A stretch of DNA of 64,000 bases from Octopus vulgaris (Eukaryota). Location: the NCBI GenBank assembly GCA_951406725.2, contig OX597832.1:3906001-3970000 (forward strand), in the 5' to 3' direction. The translations under genes were made by a program, and so were the position numbers. The notes beneath the pieces are model-generated. The model saw only the letters and a list, made by a program, of their open reading frames with translations, did not search any database and was not told the DNA's origin. How positions within the stretch are numbered: the stretch's first letter is position 1; every line of letters starts with the position of its first letter. Shown here piece by piece: positions 39,243 to 55,820 of this stretch.

Positions 39243-39645
39243 AACTGCGGCCATGCTGGGACACCATCTTGAAGAATTTTTTATCGAATAAATCAACTCT
39301 AGTACTTATTTTTTTTAAAGCCTGGTACTTATTCTATCGGTCTCTTTTGCCGAACCGCTAAGTTACGGGGACATAAACACTCCAACGCAAGTTATTAAGC
39401 GGTGGTGGGGGACAAACACTGACACAGAAACGCGCGCACACACGCACGCACACACACACACACACACGCACACACATACGACAGGCTTCTTTCAATTTCC
39501 GTCTATCAAACCCACTCACAAAGCTTTGGTCGGCCCGAGGTTATAAAACAAGACACTTACCTAAGGTACCACGCGGTGAGAAGGATCTAGAAACCCTGCG
39601 GTTGGGAAGCAAGGTTCTTACCACACAGCCACGCCTATACCTATA
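39243..39645 (-). mobile_element. SINE family A
   Basis: Reverse complement of family A, CpG retained. Confidence 0.85.
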
Positions 39646-40026
39646 TTTATATTTTTCTTATACTGATACCGAGATGTTGGTATTAATGCTTTTTATGTCG
39701 AAAAGTCATAGAACACCTTTCTTGCTCTAAAGAAGTCATAACGTGATTGGCTTTCTATAATATCATTGCACCAGTTTTATCAATTAGCAGTTACTCAATG
39801 CATTCTCACGTTATTTCTTTACATTGCTCTGCGAGTACCATACTAGATTTGGAATGGTCTTGGAGAAATTCATTCAAGTAGTCTGTACACTACCGTTATG
39901 TATTACTCAGTTATGCAATCAGTCTATATCTTTTCTGCCAAGCAGATGTTTTTCGTCTTCACCGTATATGTGCTTGTGTTATTGCAAAATTTAACACACT
40001 CCTCAGTCTGATTATAGACTTAATCC

Positions 40027-40089
<63 letters not shown>

Positions 40090-42137
40090 AAAGATCAGTA
40101 AACATCTTACCGCTAAAACTCACATGCATATACCTTATACTGTTTCTAAAATGTTCTGTGTCATCAAATATTTCCTTTTACCTCGACCTTCTTGCTATGT
40201 CTTTCACTAAGCAAACAACAAGTCTCGGATGTTCTGGGTGGCCTTCGACATCATTTGGATTCAGAAGGTGACCAGGTAACAACTCATGATGATTTCATCC
40301 AGTCAATCAAGAAGATAACTGGAAGATGGATGCAACTCGTAGTTTTCCACCTGCCTGTCGGTCGAATGGGAACCAAATCATAAAAGGATGAACGAGCGGC
40401 AATCTTCCAAAACTAAGATCCCGATGGAGGATATTGATATTACGACTGTTGATGAAATAGGGTCGTCGATGATAAAATAGTATATTTACCTCATCGTCTT
40501 GTCCGACGTAAAGGTATTGTCGGTATAACACAAAAAAAAATCTTTATTACTGACTCGCAACACTTCAAATATATTAACTAACTTCAACTGCCAACATTCA
40601 TCTTACTTTTTGACTTTTTGGTCATGGCACCAACTCTCTTCTATTTTGAAAAAAAAACAGGTTGACCTCATCAAGTTATGGGTTTGTGAAAAGATAGCTT
40701 TATCAAATACTTCTCTAATCATACCCTTGTAATAAACATCCGTAAGGAACTGCATACCTATAAAACTCAACGTTTGTACCCATCTACTAAATTGCAGCAA
40801 TTCAAATTGAACAACTATCAAACTACGACTCAATATAAAATTTTTTTTTACTTCTCTCTGGATTATCAAATAAAGAACCATATTCTATATCCTGTGTTTT
40901 AACCAGAACATCATTTTATGTTACTGGCGCATTTTGCCCGAGTTGAGACTAAAGTTATAGCATGATTAAAATAAATAACACACGCATACTGTTTTCCAAG
41001 AAATTATTTTCAGGATAGATGATGTGTATAACACTTTCATAAATAAAAAATGGAAAGGAAAAAAAAAGGTAATAGAAAGAATTCTGTTCTGCATCAGCAT
41101 ATCAATTTAATGACATCATCAAAACCTGAAAGTCGATAAGCAATTAACAACAGAGTTTTATAGACGGAAGCATTGACTTTACGATTGATAAGTTTGACAT
41201 CAGTCAACTTTTCCTCTGTTGACTAAATCTAATAATTGATCCACTGATACTTGAAGCAGAATGTCATATGATGCTCGAGTTTCATACTGCACACTGCAGC
41301 ACACTCAAATACAAACAGGCGCTAATAAATTTATGCTTAGTTAAGTGTATTGATGTATGCTTAAGTAAAAGTTTAGATTGATAAACGAAAATTGAGATAC
41401 GAATATAAGTGTGTTCATAAGCGAGTCAGAAAGTAACACTGAATTCCCTGTATGGGAAAGGTTCAAAACTACCAGAGCCCGAACTTCAAGTATATTCGTA
41501 GAGGTTGAATTAACACTGTTAGCTAAGTAAACTCTTATTAAAATTGAAGAAATGTGATATATTTCTATCTCATGGTGTCTATTTTATAGTTAGACAGACG
41601 GGGTTATTTCGGAGTCAAAGAGAATGCCTATACCTTTCGCTGAGTATATGGAATTTTACCTATTATATTATAATATTATACGCAAGTATAATAGATTATA
41701 CATGCATAAATCAGACTTATGTACGCATGCGAGTGTGTGTTTGCGTGTCTGTGCATGCACGTGCGCATGTAGGCTGCATCCACGGATATGAGCGCGCGCC
41801 AACAAGTGCGTGGATGCCTGCAACAAGAGTTGTAAGTGTGTAGGTGAGATTGTGTGCATGGATGTGTGTGTAAATGTTTGTGTGTGAGAGAGCGTGTTTG
41901 TGTGAGTGCGCGCGCGTGCTGACGATTTTCGCAGAAAATAAATAAGTCTTCCAATGGATTTTACACTCAAAATGTGCAATAAAAATGAAATACAAATGAA
42001 TTAATTTTAAACGGTCATTATATTAATCTTCAATTCACCGTGAGCGACATAAAAGTTTAATTCAAAAACGTTTTTAATGCAAGTAACAACTGTTTAAATG
42101 GTAGCAAATTGGAAACTAAACTACCTTCCTGAAAGGA

Positions 42138-42150
42138 TGAGAGAGGGAGT

Positions 42151-42244
<94 letters not shown>
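42138..42244. repeat. (GA)n microsatellite upstream of the candidate gene
   Basis: About 100 bp of nearly pure GA. Confidence 0.95.
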
Positions 42245-42247
<3 letters not shown>

Positions 42248-42799
42248 TGAGAATTTATTCAACAAATAAATATTTTAAAGTTCTTTCGTCCTCAGAAGTC
42301 GAGGAAGGAAAGAAGAGAAAAAGTTGTGAGAGACTTTAAAAGAGAATAGAGGAAATGGAGTGAAAATAAAATTAAGAGCAGGTGATGTTTTGCGTGTAGT
42401 TCTTAGGAGAAAGAGCAGCCTTCAGCTCTTCGACTACTAACAAATATTGTTGAATTTTTTGAAATTTATTCCTCTTTTCAAAAGGTTTAATCGCCATATT
42501 GAAACCGGCACTCTGGAAGAAGGAAAAACTGTTGGAAATAAAGAATAATAAAGAAAGACGAACGCAACAGTGTCTGTCTGTGCATCAGGTACTTAAGAAT
42601 TCACAATTTCTCTTAATATAGTGAAATGGTGACGCTGTTTGATAATGGAGCTATTGCGAGTAATCAGCCAGCCTCCCTTTTAACTGAAATCCTTAACATT
42701 TTCAATAATTACCGGGGTTTATTGAAGTTGAGGACTTGCGTATTTTTATAGTCTGTAAATTTTAAGAAAACAAAGGTAATCAGCTCTCTGTATCCATCA

Positions 42800-43250
42800 C
42801 GTAAATTCCCTCTTTCACTCTCTCTCACACACACGAGCGCACTCTCTCTCTCTCTCTCTCTCCATCTATTTATCCTTCTATCGCCTCTTTTTCTTTTCCT
42901 TTCTTCTTTCGTTCACGGTTTTTGATTCATTTAGAAGCACGAGACTTACATCTGTTATGTTGCTTGATGCCATCGTCGCTACTGCCGCCTGCTGTTTTAC
43001 TCTCTTTCCCCTCTCCCTCTCTCTCGTTCACTTTCTCTCTCTCTCTCTCTCTAACTCACTCGCGTGCTTTCTCTTTCCGTCACTCTCTCAGTTTCCTCCC
43101 ACCCTCTCTCTCCCCTCTGCTTCTACGCTCTTTCTCTCTCACACACACACTCTCTCTCTTTCTCTCCCTCTCTCTCTTTCTCGCTTACTCAACCCTCTTC
43201 ATCAATTCAGTACGCACTTGCGTGACTGAAATGGGGAAACACTAGGTGAG
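42800..43250 (+). promoter_or_regulatory. Candidate core promoter: CT-rich tract followed by an Inr-like TCAGT
   Basis: (CT)-rich 42800-43200, TCAGT at 43207-43211, donor-like TAG/GTGAGC at 43245/43246; TE-free region. Confidence 0.4.
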
Positions 43251-43851
43251 CAAATGCTCGTGAACTATCACCTTAATCAACATACTTATCACCTTCATTA
43301 TCTCCAGCATCATCATCATCGATTACCATCCCTGTTACTATCCCATTTCAACCAGCACTTTGTATACCACCGCCGCCGCCACCACCACCACCACCATCAC
43401 CATCATCATCATCACCATCATCCCTTATTGTCTTTGCCATGGTCACAGCTGACGTTAATATTGTCACCATTTGTATAACACCATCAATGTCGTCTGCGCC
43501 AGAGCATCGTTATGATATGTGAAGTACAAAGATCAAATCTGTGTTCTATTGATACTGACTAATCCGATTGTGTTAATCCATTTTTTTAAAACTCTAACAA
43601 CAACACCAACAATAGTAACAACAACCATAACACCGACATTAGCAGCAGCCTCACAACAACATTCATAACAGATGCTAACCACCAAGAGAGAAATTCTTCT
43701 GCTGTCGGCTGCGTGTATCAGAAATAACAACTTGCTTGACACAAACACAAGTGGTCAACAACAATAAAGGGAAGAGCATCACCACGGCGGCGGCGGCGAC
43801 GACGAGAAAAACTGAGGACAATAATAACAACTTCATCAACAAACAGGAACA

Positions 43852-44086
43852 ATGATGGAGACTGGAGACTCACAACAGGATCTTAAAGCGGGCCCCACCA
43901 ACGTTACCTTGTTACCAATCGATGGAATGAGTCACAGCAGTGGACACAAAATTCAAGCCACACTGACCAGTCCAAGGTGTCGCAAATTCTTAGTGGTCTC
44001 CATAAAACGTCTGTGTATCATTCTACTCGCTGTGGCCGCTGTCGTTGGCTGGTATTTTGGAACCAAATCGAAACAGGGCAACTACG
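43852..44086 (+). CDS. Probable first coding exon of a type II (signal-anchor) membrane protein
   Basis: aacaATGATGG context; ~50-aa polar tail, basic RCRK/KR, hydrophobic LCIILLAVAAVVGWYFG; strong donor ACG/GTAAGG at 44086/44087 (phase 1); TE-free, CpG-retaining surroundings. Confidence 0.7.
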
Positions 44087-44228
44087 GTAAGGACTTCCCG
44101 GGTTTTCATATTCTTTGCCTTTATTTCGACAATTTATTTTTTTCCATTTATTCACCTTTAGTGTCTCGGTACAGGTGACAGTTAAATATAGTGCCCCCAC
44201 CACCACACGCACCCACACACGCACGCAC

Positions 44229-44259
<31 letters not shown>

Positions 44260-44364
44260 TGTATGTATGTATGTATGTATGTATCTATGTATCTATGTAG
44301 GTAGGTACTTTACGGTACATAGATATAACATACTTTATATACATATATATATATATGTATACAC

Positions 44365-44442
<78 letters not shown>

Positions 44443-44763
44443 CTTACGATAGCGAAACGTACATATATGCGTACTTCATATGTGTTCGACAAACATTCTT
44501 ACAAAATACGGTGTCGATATATTCCGAACACATACACACACACACACACACACACATACACATGTGTGTGTATGTATGTGTATATACAGAAGACAGGTAC
44601 ACATACACACATACATGTATACATATATGTATGTGTGAATAGACAGATGGATGGATGGATAATAAGAGAAATGTGTGTACACAGTGTTTAAGTATGCGTG
44701 TATGTATTATTGCCACCAAGTAACGTCAACATTGATGAACAGAAAAAGGAAACGAAGGTGAAG

Positions 44764-44799
<36 letters not shown>

Positions 44800-45179
44800 C
44801 GAAAAAAGGTAACGAGAAGGAAACCGAAAGAGCATGCCATGGAGAGGGAGGGGTTCGCCATTAGGTAATCGTTAAGCTGTTTTGCTTGACAGCTTCGGTA
44901 GAAAGATACCTGAGATGTCATCTGCAAAGATATGCGCGTCTCCTAAAAACTGCTGACGGCTAACTAGCTTGTTTCACTCTTGTTACATTAGCATCTCACG
45001 TTGATAAGAAGAAGTAAAATGAAATAAAATAGCCAAGGAAGAGAACAGAAGGAATGAAAGACGGAAAGAACACAAAACCGTTAAAAAGAAGAAGAAAAGA
45101 AAAGAGCGAAAACCTTTGGAATATCCCCCCGTTTAGTTCTTTCTCTGTTTTGCCAACAGCTCCGTGTGTGTGTACACGC

Positions 45180-47560
<2,381 letters not shown>

Positions 47561-47869
47561 GTTGAAGCAATTCAATAGCAACAGATGATGAATTCTGTTG
47601 ATGTTACGGATGGAAGCTAAATAATTCCTCCATATCGCTAAACCTGATCTTTTTATAGAAAGAACTTTCCAAATTCTTTGTCATCTGAACTCTTACTACT
47701 CTCACCAGCCATTTATAGGAAGGAAATTCCGATTCTCTGTCGCCTTACTTTCTCCATAATTTCGCTTGCCATTTATAGAAAGGACATCCCCAAATATTCT
47801 GACACTACCTTCACCTGATGTTGCGTTGCTGCTTAGAATTTGAAATTTTACGTCGTCTGAGGATTGCCT

Positions 47870-47921
47870 GTCATCATTATCATCGTCATTCTCGTTGCTA
47901 TCATCATTACCGTCGTCATCG

Positions 47922-47972
<51 letters not shown>

Positions 47973-48119
47973 CCACCACCATTGTCAATATCGTCGCCAT
48001 TATCCTCGTAATCGTCATTATCGTCGTCGTCATCATCGTCATCATCGTCATCATCATCATCATCATCATCATCATCGTCGTCGTCGTCATCATCATCATC
48101 ATCATCATCGTCGTCGTCG

Positions 48120-48152
<33 letters not shown>

Positions 48153-48285
48153 CCACCATTGTCAATATCGTCGCCATTATCCTCGTAATCGTCATTATCG
48201 TCGTCGGTGTCGTGCGTTATCATCATTATCATCATAATCGTCGTTGTCATCGTTTCTTTCACCGTTATTATGAACGTCATCATTG
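47870..48285. repeat. (CAT/CGT)n array with an internal duplication
   Basis: caccaccattgtcaatatcgtcgccattatcctcgtaatcgtcattatcg occurs at about 47974 and 48151. Confidence 0.9.
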
Positions 48286-49179
48286 GCAATCTACCCTTAT
48301 GGGTCTTTCACATTACCATATGTGTTGATGTAATTTCAATCTACGTTAAAATTTTTCATCTCTAAACATACACACACACACATATACACACGAACAAATT
48401 GTGCATCAATGCATGATTTGACTCGTGCTTACCTTTACAGATTTCGTCGTAGATATTCTTCGCCCACAGTTACCACTTTGTAAGACTACATTCGTAAGTC
48501 CCCACCTGTATCCACTTACGTCTACATTTATCCGAGTATATATATATTTGCTTACGCTGAAGGCAATGTTCCAGCATGGCTTTGGTCGTGATTGCTAAAG
48601 CAAACGAAAGTCCTAGAGAACATGCATTCAAATAGTCACGTTGACAAACGTAGACTCAACCATACGAATAGAATACGTTAACTTTCAAAACTCACAAGCT
48701 TATAGTGACATGAAGGTATTGCATAGCAATAGTATTGTCTTTAGAACTCACCAAATATTTAAGTATTTGTAAAAACACCAGAAACTAAACAGTAACATCT
48801 ATCTAGATGTTGACAGATTCCCCGCCTCCTTCATTTTAACAGTAGTTTACAATCAGAGTAAAGAAATTCCAAAATACCATATCGTCTTTGAACAAATAGA
48901 CATTAACATAGGAAAGCCAACAAGTTAAATATTGATTTCTTTCTTAGAATGGTCTAAAAATGAGTGACATTCGTATTTTAGTGTAAAAGGAAATGAACTG
49001 ACTTTTGTTGGGTATTGAAACTGTCTAAAGGACTCGACTCGCCAGCATTTTCACCTTTTGCTCTATAACATTAAATACGTAAACAAGACAGGTATTAACA
49101 ATTGTTCTACCCAGGACAATCAAAAATAAGTTCAAATAACAGTGGATTGAAAACGTGAGTATGGCTGTGTGGAGGGATA

Positions 49180-49660
49180 TAGGCGCAGGCGTGACTGTGT
49201 GGTAAGAAGCTTGCTTCCCAACCTCATGGTTCCGGGTTCAGTCCCACTGTGTGGCACCTTGGGTAAGTGTCTTCTATAGCCTCTACAATTGGCGTGATAT
49301 TATTCCTATGACAATTACATGAAAAATGCAGTTAGCTAAGACAACCACTCTACATCACATTCGTTCATTTCGCGAAGTTCTGCGATTTTGTGAGCAGAGC
49401 CGGCCTCTTCAAAATTCTTACCAAGATTGGGTGCCTTCCGTACGTTTTTATTACTCAGGATTGTCCAGTCATTGAACACAAATATGAAAAGCGTCATTCA
49501 GTTGGATTGCTCTTCCTCGGAACTCTTCAGTATTTACATTGAAGTGAAACAGGGCTGCCTCTTTTCCCTCTATCTTGTTTGGAATCTTCTATGCCGTTAT
49601 GCTGAAGTACGCTTTTGAAACATCAACTGATGGTGTTTACCTCTACACAATTTACAGTCA
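49180..49660 (+). mobile_element. SINE A head followed by an RTE-like RT remnant
   Basis: Head at 49180-49285; then LFKILTKIGC and EVKQGC motifs. Confidence 0.65.
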
Positions 49661-50763
49661 CAGCAAATGCTGATCTGTCAACGAGACCAAAACCAAACGT
49701 TCCAGACACACATCTATGACCTCTCTAGACTAAAAGATGTCTCCTTCACATAGCAGGACGATACTTTTACGCGAAACCTTTTCCTTCTCTGTTGTTTCGT
49801 TTGTTTAATGTCTTTATATCGCCAGACATTTCGTGGCGACACTCGGAGTATCACGTTCATCTTCAACAATAATATACGACCAAATCAGTAGTTCCGTCTC
49901 AAGTGAAGGATTATAGAAGATGCAGTAAGACGGGCTGCGAGCTTTCATCTGAAAGATGGAGTCTTAGTTTTACCAAAATATAATAGGCTGAAATTCCATC
50001 TTAAAAGAAGTCATACTCGATAACAAATCGACACCCAATACACACACGTGCACATGCGCGCGCGCAAGATATAAATAGATTTGGTAGAACAAACAGAAAT
50101 GGAGCTGAATACATGAGTGTATATACCTACTTTATTATTTTTTAATCGGCATGCACAAAACTCAGTGAAGACTAAGCGGTAGAAGTCACGGTTTCCCCAC
50201 CACTTTTTCTCCATTTTTCCCCCACTTTTCCCCATGCGGTTTCCCCAGTCATTCGTATGACTGTGAGCCTTGTTAAAATGCTACGTGGCCAATCATTATA
50301 TTCATTGATTACTAGTATTATAGATACTGTCATAGTGATGGCTGAAACTTTTCGGAGACACAGACGGCGGATCTTTCGAATGTAGAGTATCACACTTTTG
50401 CTACACTGAAATACCAGCACTTTCCTAGCTTCAGGCACACGGCAGATGCTGCATAGGTGGAACCAATTGTTATTCATCGTTTTTCTGTCTGGATGCGTTC
50501 CTTGCATGGCTGCATCCCGTTGTAATGCCATGTAATCAAAGTTGTTGCCTTCCTCGATCACCAATGGAAGAACAACATAATTTTAGGTAACTTTCTCTTC
50601 CGTTTCCTTTCTCTTTTTTTCATATTTGCTTATTGTTTTACGTATTGGTGGGAGATACTAGACTATCGTCAAATTTGACGAACGAACTTTTAATTTGAGG
50701 CTTAGCTTAATGTTTCTCTTATTCACATAGATATAAAATCAAAGCCTCGACTATATACTGAGT

Positions 50764-51747
50764 CGTTGTGCACTTTCACAACGATTCTAGCCGATTGGAC
50801 CGCTGAAGGCCTTTCTGTCCCCCAGAATTCGGATGCTCAAAACAACTGGGGCGATATCAGATGCAGTTCCACCTTCGAGCGGCCAGAGACATCACTAGAC
50901 CAGCACTACTTTTTTTGCCTCTGTTCCGTCCCGTGGCCAAATAGCGACTCACGGTTCAATTTGGTGCCCTCTTCATTTACCGGTATTCTTCTAGATAATG
51001 AGTGCACCTGTATTGGAGTGGCCCGACGCCATGGTCTCCGCGAGTGTGAGTCGTACAAATGTCGCTGTAGAGCTACAGTAGATGAATTTGGCCTGCATCC
51101 GTTATCTTGCCGACACGCTACTCTAAATGACATAATCAGAAGGGTCCTTGACGCGGTTGGCTTCCCATCTCAACTTGAGCCGGTGGGTCTCAACTGCGGA
51201 GACGGTAAGCGCCCCGATGGAATGACCCTCTTCCCATTCGAGCGAAGCAGTTCTCTAGTCTGAGATGCGACGTGCAGCAACACGTTCTTTGGCTCCAACA
51301 TTATCGGGTGCAAATCTAGATGTCGTCGCCCGTAACGCAGAGGAGAGAAAAATCAATAAACATAGGGGAGCCTAGCCGACTGCTACCAGTTTGTGCTGGT
51401 CACCGTCAAGACCTCAGATGTTCTAGGACCCTGTACTACCGATTTCTTCCGAAAAATAGGGATGACGGCGGGCCGTCGGAGAAATTGAGCTCTGTTAGCT
51501 GGAACGGCTGCTGCAGTGAGTGTCGTTGAGCATTCTTTGCGGCAGTGACATCGTGGTCATTATCGCAGGGCGTGCCTGAGTACACCATTTGTTCAGGAGC
51601 ATGTGGTCAATCGCCCCCTCTTCCTCTTCTTCTTATACTGCTTGTCCCCCTTTTCTTCTTTTCTTTCTTTTCCTTTCTTATCTCTCTTTTTTTTTCTGTG
51701 TCTGAATTTAATTGGTGAATAAAAGTGTTATAAATGCAAAAAAAAAA
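50764..51747 (+). mobile_element. CRE-like non-LTR retrotransposon 3' fragment
   Basis: CRC..VDEFGLHPLSC zinc knuckle, RHATLND, EPVGL, DGKRPDG..LV*DATC RLE nuclease; AATAAA (51718) and poly(A) at 51738-51747. Confidence 0.85.
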
Positions 51748-52394
51748 GATGACTTAATTAGTTTTGAAAATTGTCTCTTCAAATTGGCATCATTTCATCT
51801 TTGACAATGGAGAGCTCTTTCTAAAGAATGTTCCATTACCGTTTGTAATGTTTCTTGGCTTATTCCTTCAATTTCTTCGCCTTCAATTGCTGGATTGTCC
51901 AAGGTTTGTTATGGTGTACTCTGTCTTTCTGGAGCCATTAAATCAAGTATGCGAGAGAGCATGAGGAATTTAGAGGTTCTTAATCCAAACAGCATACACT
52001 AATCATACCCGATAATCTGTTGGCTTCAGTTCTTGCACTAGCTGCACATTATATGGGGAAAATTCAGCATCTTTTGTATCCTTTGTAGTAAGCTTTAGGA
52101 TATGCCCAACTCCTGGGACCGCCTTGGAGTTGATGTTGGAGGCTCTTCTTCAATGCTCAGCTGTACGTACTGAATCTCAAAACCAGAAAGGAGAAAGCCG
52201 ATTCAAAGACTACAGATCCAAGCCATCACTGGAACTGTAAAAATCTGTAAAACTTTCCAGACATTTATCATTTATGTATGTCTGAGCATGTCTAGACATG
52301 CAACTATATGCATAAAAATACATAGATAAAACAAAGCATACATATCTGCACATCAACTGCCTCCAGATGCTGCACATATATACACACATGCAAA

Positions 52395-52511
52395 AATATT
52401 ATGTTGATATTGTTGAAATTCCAATGAAGGAGCCTTAGATCTAGGTTAGAAACCACCTCTTCCTCTATTGGCAAGAAACCTAGAAATAAAACTGAATTTT
52501 GATATGCATAC

Positions 52512-52542
<31 letters not shown>

Positions 52543-52945
52543 CATACATACATACATACATACATACATACATACATAATACATATGTACATACATGCAT
52601 ATGTGCATACATATGTATTCACATACATGCATACATACATGCATACATACATACATACATACATACGTGCATACATACATACATACATACATACATACAT
52701 ACATACATACATACATACATACATACATACGTACGTACGTACGTACATACATACATGCATATGTGCATACATACATATGTATTCACATACATGCATACAT
52801 ACATACTGCTCATATACACACATACATACAAAAATACCCTGTTGATGTTGTTGAAATTCCAATGAAGGAGGCTTGGATCTAGGTTAGAAGTTGGCTCTTT
52901 CTCTATTGGCAAAGAATCTTGAAATAAAGCTGAATAATGACATAG
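52395..52945 (+). repeat. Two copies of a ~110-bp unit separated by (TACA)n
   Basis: gttgaaattccaatgaaggag..gatctaggttagaa..tctattggcaa at about 52412 and 52850. Confidence 0.85.
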
Positions 52946-53294
52946 ATACATACAAGTGTGTGTGTGTGTATGCGTGCATGTGTGCGTGTGTGTGTTTGTG
53001 TGTGTGTAGGTGTATGTGGGTGTTTAGAAAGAGAGGTAGAGATAGAGACAGACATATGTTTAAGTCTACATGTCCTCATGTCCTTATGTAGTAATGTATA
53101 TTGAAAGACACAGATACGCCTACAAACTGAGTGATTTGCTGAATCAATAGGGCAGTTTGCCTATGTTTCTTTCCTCCTGGCAACCTCCTAAGAAAAAAAA
53201 TAATTACCAAAAATATGATGAGATTGATCCAAATCACTATACAGCACTTTTCCTTAAAAATTATTAGGTTGTGCCTATGTATGTAGGTGTGTTT

Positions 53295-53374
<80 letters not shown>

Positions 53375-53689
53375 ATATAGTTTCATACACATACACACAC
53401 AAATATACACACACACACACTCACAGACACAGACATATATATATGTATAAATTGCTAGCTAGCTAGCTAGATAGATAGATATACATATAGATATATATGC
53501 ATATATAGAGACAGAGAGAGTGAGAGAAAGAGAGAGAGTGATATATACTTATATATATATATATATATTATTTTATTCGTTTATATCTTTCAGCCTTGAG
53601 ATTGTGGTCATGCTGGGGCATTGCCAGTGTAATCACCTTTTAATTGGCCAATTCTACGGTTTGGCTTTTGGTAAAGGAGGGAGTTTGAT

Positions 53690-54790
53690 ACCGCTACCCT
53701 CTTTTGAGTTTCCTACCTTGATATTGATTCATCTGGGATCTTGGAAAGCAAGAGATCAAGTTGTTTCTTGAAAACATCTCCTCCCACTATATGGAGATCC
53801 CTCAGATGTTTTGGCAAGGAGTTAAATAGCAGTGGGCCCTTGAATCCCAAGCTTTTGCAGTACATGGTCCTCACCTTAGATGATACAGCTGGGACATCTG
53901 GAACAGTGCTGTGACATCCATCTTGAGGTCTGGTATAACTCTCAATTCCAAAGTTTGGTGCCAGCCCCTCCAGTATCTTCCATACATATATCACTGCATA
54001 CCTCTCCCATCTTCGCTTCAGAAAGTAGAGTCACAGCTCTCTCAATCTCTCCCAGTAGCTCAGCTGTTCAATTGATGCAATCCTCCTTGTGTAGTATCAT
54101 TGAACTGCCTCAAGTTCTACTATTAATCCTACAATGTAAGGTGACCACAGTTGAGAGCAGTAGTCCAGATGGCTGAGGACAAATGTTCCCCATAGGACCA
54201 GCATAGTTTCCTGGTCCCTTGTTCTGAAGGTTCTCAGAATCCATCTGGCCATTCACCTGCACACTGCCACCATCTTTGGAACATACATATGAAACGAGGC
54301 ATCGTTGCTCATATCAATCATAAGATCAGGCACCATATGTGATTCTAAGATTGATGCTCCTTTTGGTCCAAAGTATCGTTGTTGTGACTTCTGAGCACCA
54401 ATTAGCTGGTAGTGGAGGACTTGGAATTTGCATTAAATTGCATGTTATCCACAGCCCATTTATATATAACATCTAGGTCGTTCTGTAGAAGATTAGCATC
54501 AGAAGGTTCCTTGACTGCTTGTACTACTTTCATGTTGTTGGCATAGCTAGTAAGTGTGGCTATCTGTATAATTGACAGCATATCAGAAAGAGCGACCATG
54601 AACAGTAGTGGCCCAAATACAGTTCCCTGAAGCACTCCACTTTCTGTTAGTGTCTCCATGGAGAGGACTCTGTTGGTTGTTACAGCCTGTCTTTTAAGAA
54701 TTCATGCAACCACTCTCTAATTTTCCCAGTTATGCCGAGTTTCCATAGTTTGTGACATATCATCCCATGATGAACTTTGCAAAGTCACGA
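53690..54790 (-). mobile_element. CR1/L2-like LINE RT and 3' end, decayed
   Basis: DFAK, SGVLQGTVFGPLLF, YANNMK (YADD-derived), IYVWKILEG, LFNSLP, FKKQLDLLL. Confidence 0.88.
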
Positions 54791-54806
54791 TATATATATA
54801 TATATG

Positions 54807-54950
<144 letters not shown>

Positions 54951-54952
54951 TA

Positions 54953-55003
<51 letters not shown>

Positions 55004-55089
55004 TACTATGAAGCATTGTGTAGAATATATTGTATAAAGGATCATGGGTAAGGCCAAAACAATGCAAAGTAAATGCAAGGTAAATCACA

Positions 55090-55820
55090 AGAAAACAAAT
55101 ATGTGAATTAATGTATTCAACCTTGTATTCAATATTTTGGGATTATGACCCCATTTTCAAAAAATTGACGACTGTTGCCAAAGAGCTTGTGTGTGAGCAT
55201 GTGTGGAGTGGACATGGACAGAAAGGTGTTGCTATAGCAACAAGATAGCTTCCTGTAACTCTCTTCTATTGATGACCTTAGGTTTCTTTTGGTATATGAG
55301 GATGGCCTCAGAGATTCTAAGGTTGCCCCTGTTCCGCTGTGTTGCCTTGATGTGCACTGTGAATTCCCAGGTCTGGCATTTCTGCAGATGTTTCTTCATG
55401 GGAGTGTCTGTCTGCATCTGTTCCTTAATCTGTATATGCTGTTTTCTTGTTGTGCTTCCTATGTAGGATGCACTACATTTGTCACAGATGATCTCATATA
55501 TGACATAGGTTCTCTGGTATAATTCAGGGTCATTCATGGGGCAGTTTGATAATGTGCACTCCTCGGAGTAGTGAGAGGTGTTGTTCATGGACAGAGCTTT
55601 TCTCAGGGAAGAGCCGGCGTGCATTATCTATATGTCGAGTCCTTCCCTGCAGACTGCATGTTGTATCACTGCAGTAGTTCTGTCATTAAAGTGTTGTACC
55701 TTTAGGAAGCACGTGCCAGACTTGGGAGTATGATGGTTCTTCCAGGGTTTATTGACCTTGATGTTCTTCAGGTGCCGTCGTTTAGCTAAAGATGGTGGGT
55801 AACCATTCAGGGTTAGGTCT
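55090..55820 (-). mobile_element. Penelope-like element GIY-YIG endonuclease fragment
   Basis: C..C..VIYEIICDKCSASYIGSTTR..IKE..ISEAILI..PKVIN. Confidence 0.9.

Noticed and set aside
44087-44178. Continuation of the 108-aa ORF
   Set aside because: Read-through past a strong splice donor into T-rich intron-like sequence
47702-48328. Poly-Asp / poly-His ORFs suggesting a biomineralisation or metal-binding protein
   Set aside because: (CAT)n array open in several frames on both strands; no convincing gene context
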